DNA from: Halomicrobium mukohataei DSM 12286
GTDB lineage: Archaea; Halobacteriota; Halobacteria; Halobacteriales; Haloarculaceae
Assembly (NCBI RefSeq): GCF_000023965.1
Contig: NC_013202.1
Location: forward strand, 3,030,001-3,062,000
Direction: 5' to 3'
DNA: 32,000 bases
The notes below the pieces were generated by a model that saw only the letters and a program-made list of their open reading frames with translations, was not told where the DNA came from and did no database searches. Shown here piece by piece: positions 31,290 through 32,000 of this stretch; position 1 is the first letter of the stretch; every line of letters begins with the position of its first letter. Made by a program: the position numbers and the translations under genes.

Positions 31290-32000
31290 TCAGGCGTCGT
31301 CGACGACCGCACCGAAGTCGTACCAGCCGGGGTCGCGGCCGACGAGCCACTGGGCCGCGTCGAGCGCGCCCGCGGCGAAGACGCCGCGGTCCTCGGCGCG
31401 ATGGGACAGCGAGAGCACCTCGTCGTTGCCCGCCAGCACCAGTTCGTGCTCGCCGCGGATGTCGCCGGCACGGCGGGCGAAGACGCCGATCTCGTCGTCG
31501 GCCCGGGGCGCGTGGCCCTCGCGCCCGTACACCGGCTCCACGTCGCGCTGCTCCTGGACGGTCTCGAGGATCGTGTTGGCCGTGCCGGAGGGGGCGTCGA
31601 CCTTGCCGTTGTGGTGGCTCTCCATGAGTTCGAGGTCGTAGTCCTCCAGCGCGCCGACGGCCGCCCGAACCGTCCGCAAGAGCGCCTGGATGCCCCGCGA
31701 GAAGTTCGTCGCCTTCAGGACCGGGATCTCCTCGGCGGCCTCGCGTAGTCGCTCGGACTGGGCCTCGTCGAAGCCGGTCGTCGCGACCGCGAGCGCGACG
31801 CCGTTGTCGAGACAGCCCGCGAGCACGTCCATCGTCGCTTCGGGCGTCGAGAAGTCGACGACGGCGTCCACGTCGTACTCTTCGAGGACTGTGCCGGCCT
31901 CGCTGGCGGGACGCAGTGGCAGGTCGTCCGTCTCGTCGGCCGTGCTGGCGAAGCCGGCGACGACCTCCACGTCGTCACGTGCTCGTCCGGCCTCGACGAC
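31290..32000 (-). CDS. dapB: 4-hydroxy-tetrahydrodipicolinate reductase, C-terminal ~236 codons (the N-terminus lies beyond the window end)
   Basis: DapB signature LMESHHNGKVDAPSGTA, plus ATNFSRGIQ. The frame remains open from 31970 to the window edge, so the true start is outside the window. Confidence 0.85.
   Translation of the reverse strand, partial: VVEAGRARDDVEVVAGFASTADETDDLPLRPASEAGTVLEEYDVDAVVDFSTPEATMDVLAGCLDNGVALAVATTGFDEAQSERLREAAEEIPVLKATNFSRGIQALLRTVRAAVGALEDYDLELMESHHNGKVDAPSGTANTILETVQEQRDVEPVYGREGHAPRADDEIGVFARRAGDIRGEHELVLAGNDEVLSLSHRAEDRGVFAAGALDAAQWLVGRDPGWYDFGAVVDDA

Noticed and set aside
1-32000. Search for CRISPR arrays, tRNA/rRNA genes, transposases, integrases, toxin-antitoxin pairs and restriction-modification genes
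   Set aside because: I saw no regularly spaced direct repeats, no cloverleaf-like or rRNA-like segments in the few non-coding spacers, and no DDE transposase, tyrosine recombinase or methyltransferase motifs in any frame. There is therefore no direct evidence that the accessory modules are on a mobile element. This was an eye scan only, so short or degenerate elements could have been missed.

Overview
The window looks like a high-GC haloarchaeal (class Halobacteria) chromosomal segment. Supporting signs are very acidic predicted proteins, Tat (twin-arginine) signal peptides, Htr/HAMP transducers, HalOD1 and Bat-type HTH_10 domains, and TATA-like boxes 22-32 nt upstream of many start codons, which suggests leaderless mRNAs. 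I call 26 protein genes and found no rRNA, tRNA, CRISPR array, transposase or integrase. Housekeeping genes: XPB/Rad25 helicase, FolC-FolP fusion, PurN-PurH fusion, purB, and a lysine/diaminopimelate block (dapB, dapD, lysA, dapE-like). Accessory modules are interleaved with them. (i) A secreted modular GH18 chitinase. (ii) A signalling island at 9.0-15.4 kb: a 1589-aa membrane-anchored HAMP-GAF-PAS(x6)-GAF-GAF-Bat/HTH regulator, divergent from a HalOD1 / 51-aa microprotein / pseudo-receiver-PAS operon. (iii) A membrane protein plus PrsW protease pair. (iv) A wHTH regulator divergent from a co-directional five-gene locus: unknown alpha/beta protein, MFS transporter, alpha/beta hydrolase, HTH_10 regulator, COG1926-type phosphoribosyltransferase. 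(v) Two foreign-looking genes that interrupt the dap operon: a Tat-secreted ferritin-like protein with a perfect 2x33-bp tandem repeat, and an opposite-strand 429-aa PP-loop protein with a QueC-type Zn-Cys motif and unrecognised extensions. The best candidates for undescribed biology are the QueC-like orphan, the HalOD1/microprotein/pseudo-receiver module with its giant partner regulator, and the wHTH-controlled five-gene locus. All calls come from reading the translations and motifs by eye. No database search was run. Many very long ORFs in the track are antisense mirror ORFs typical of high-GC DNA and were rejected.
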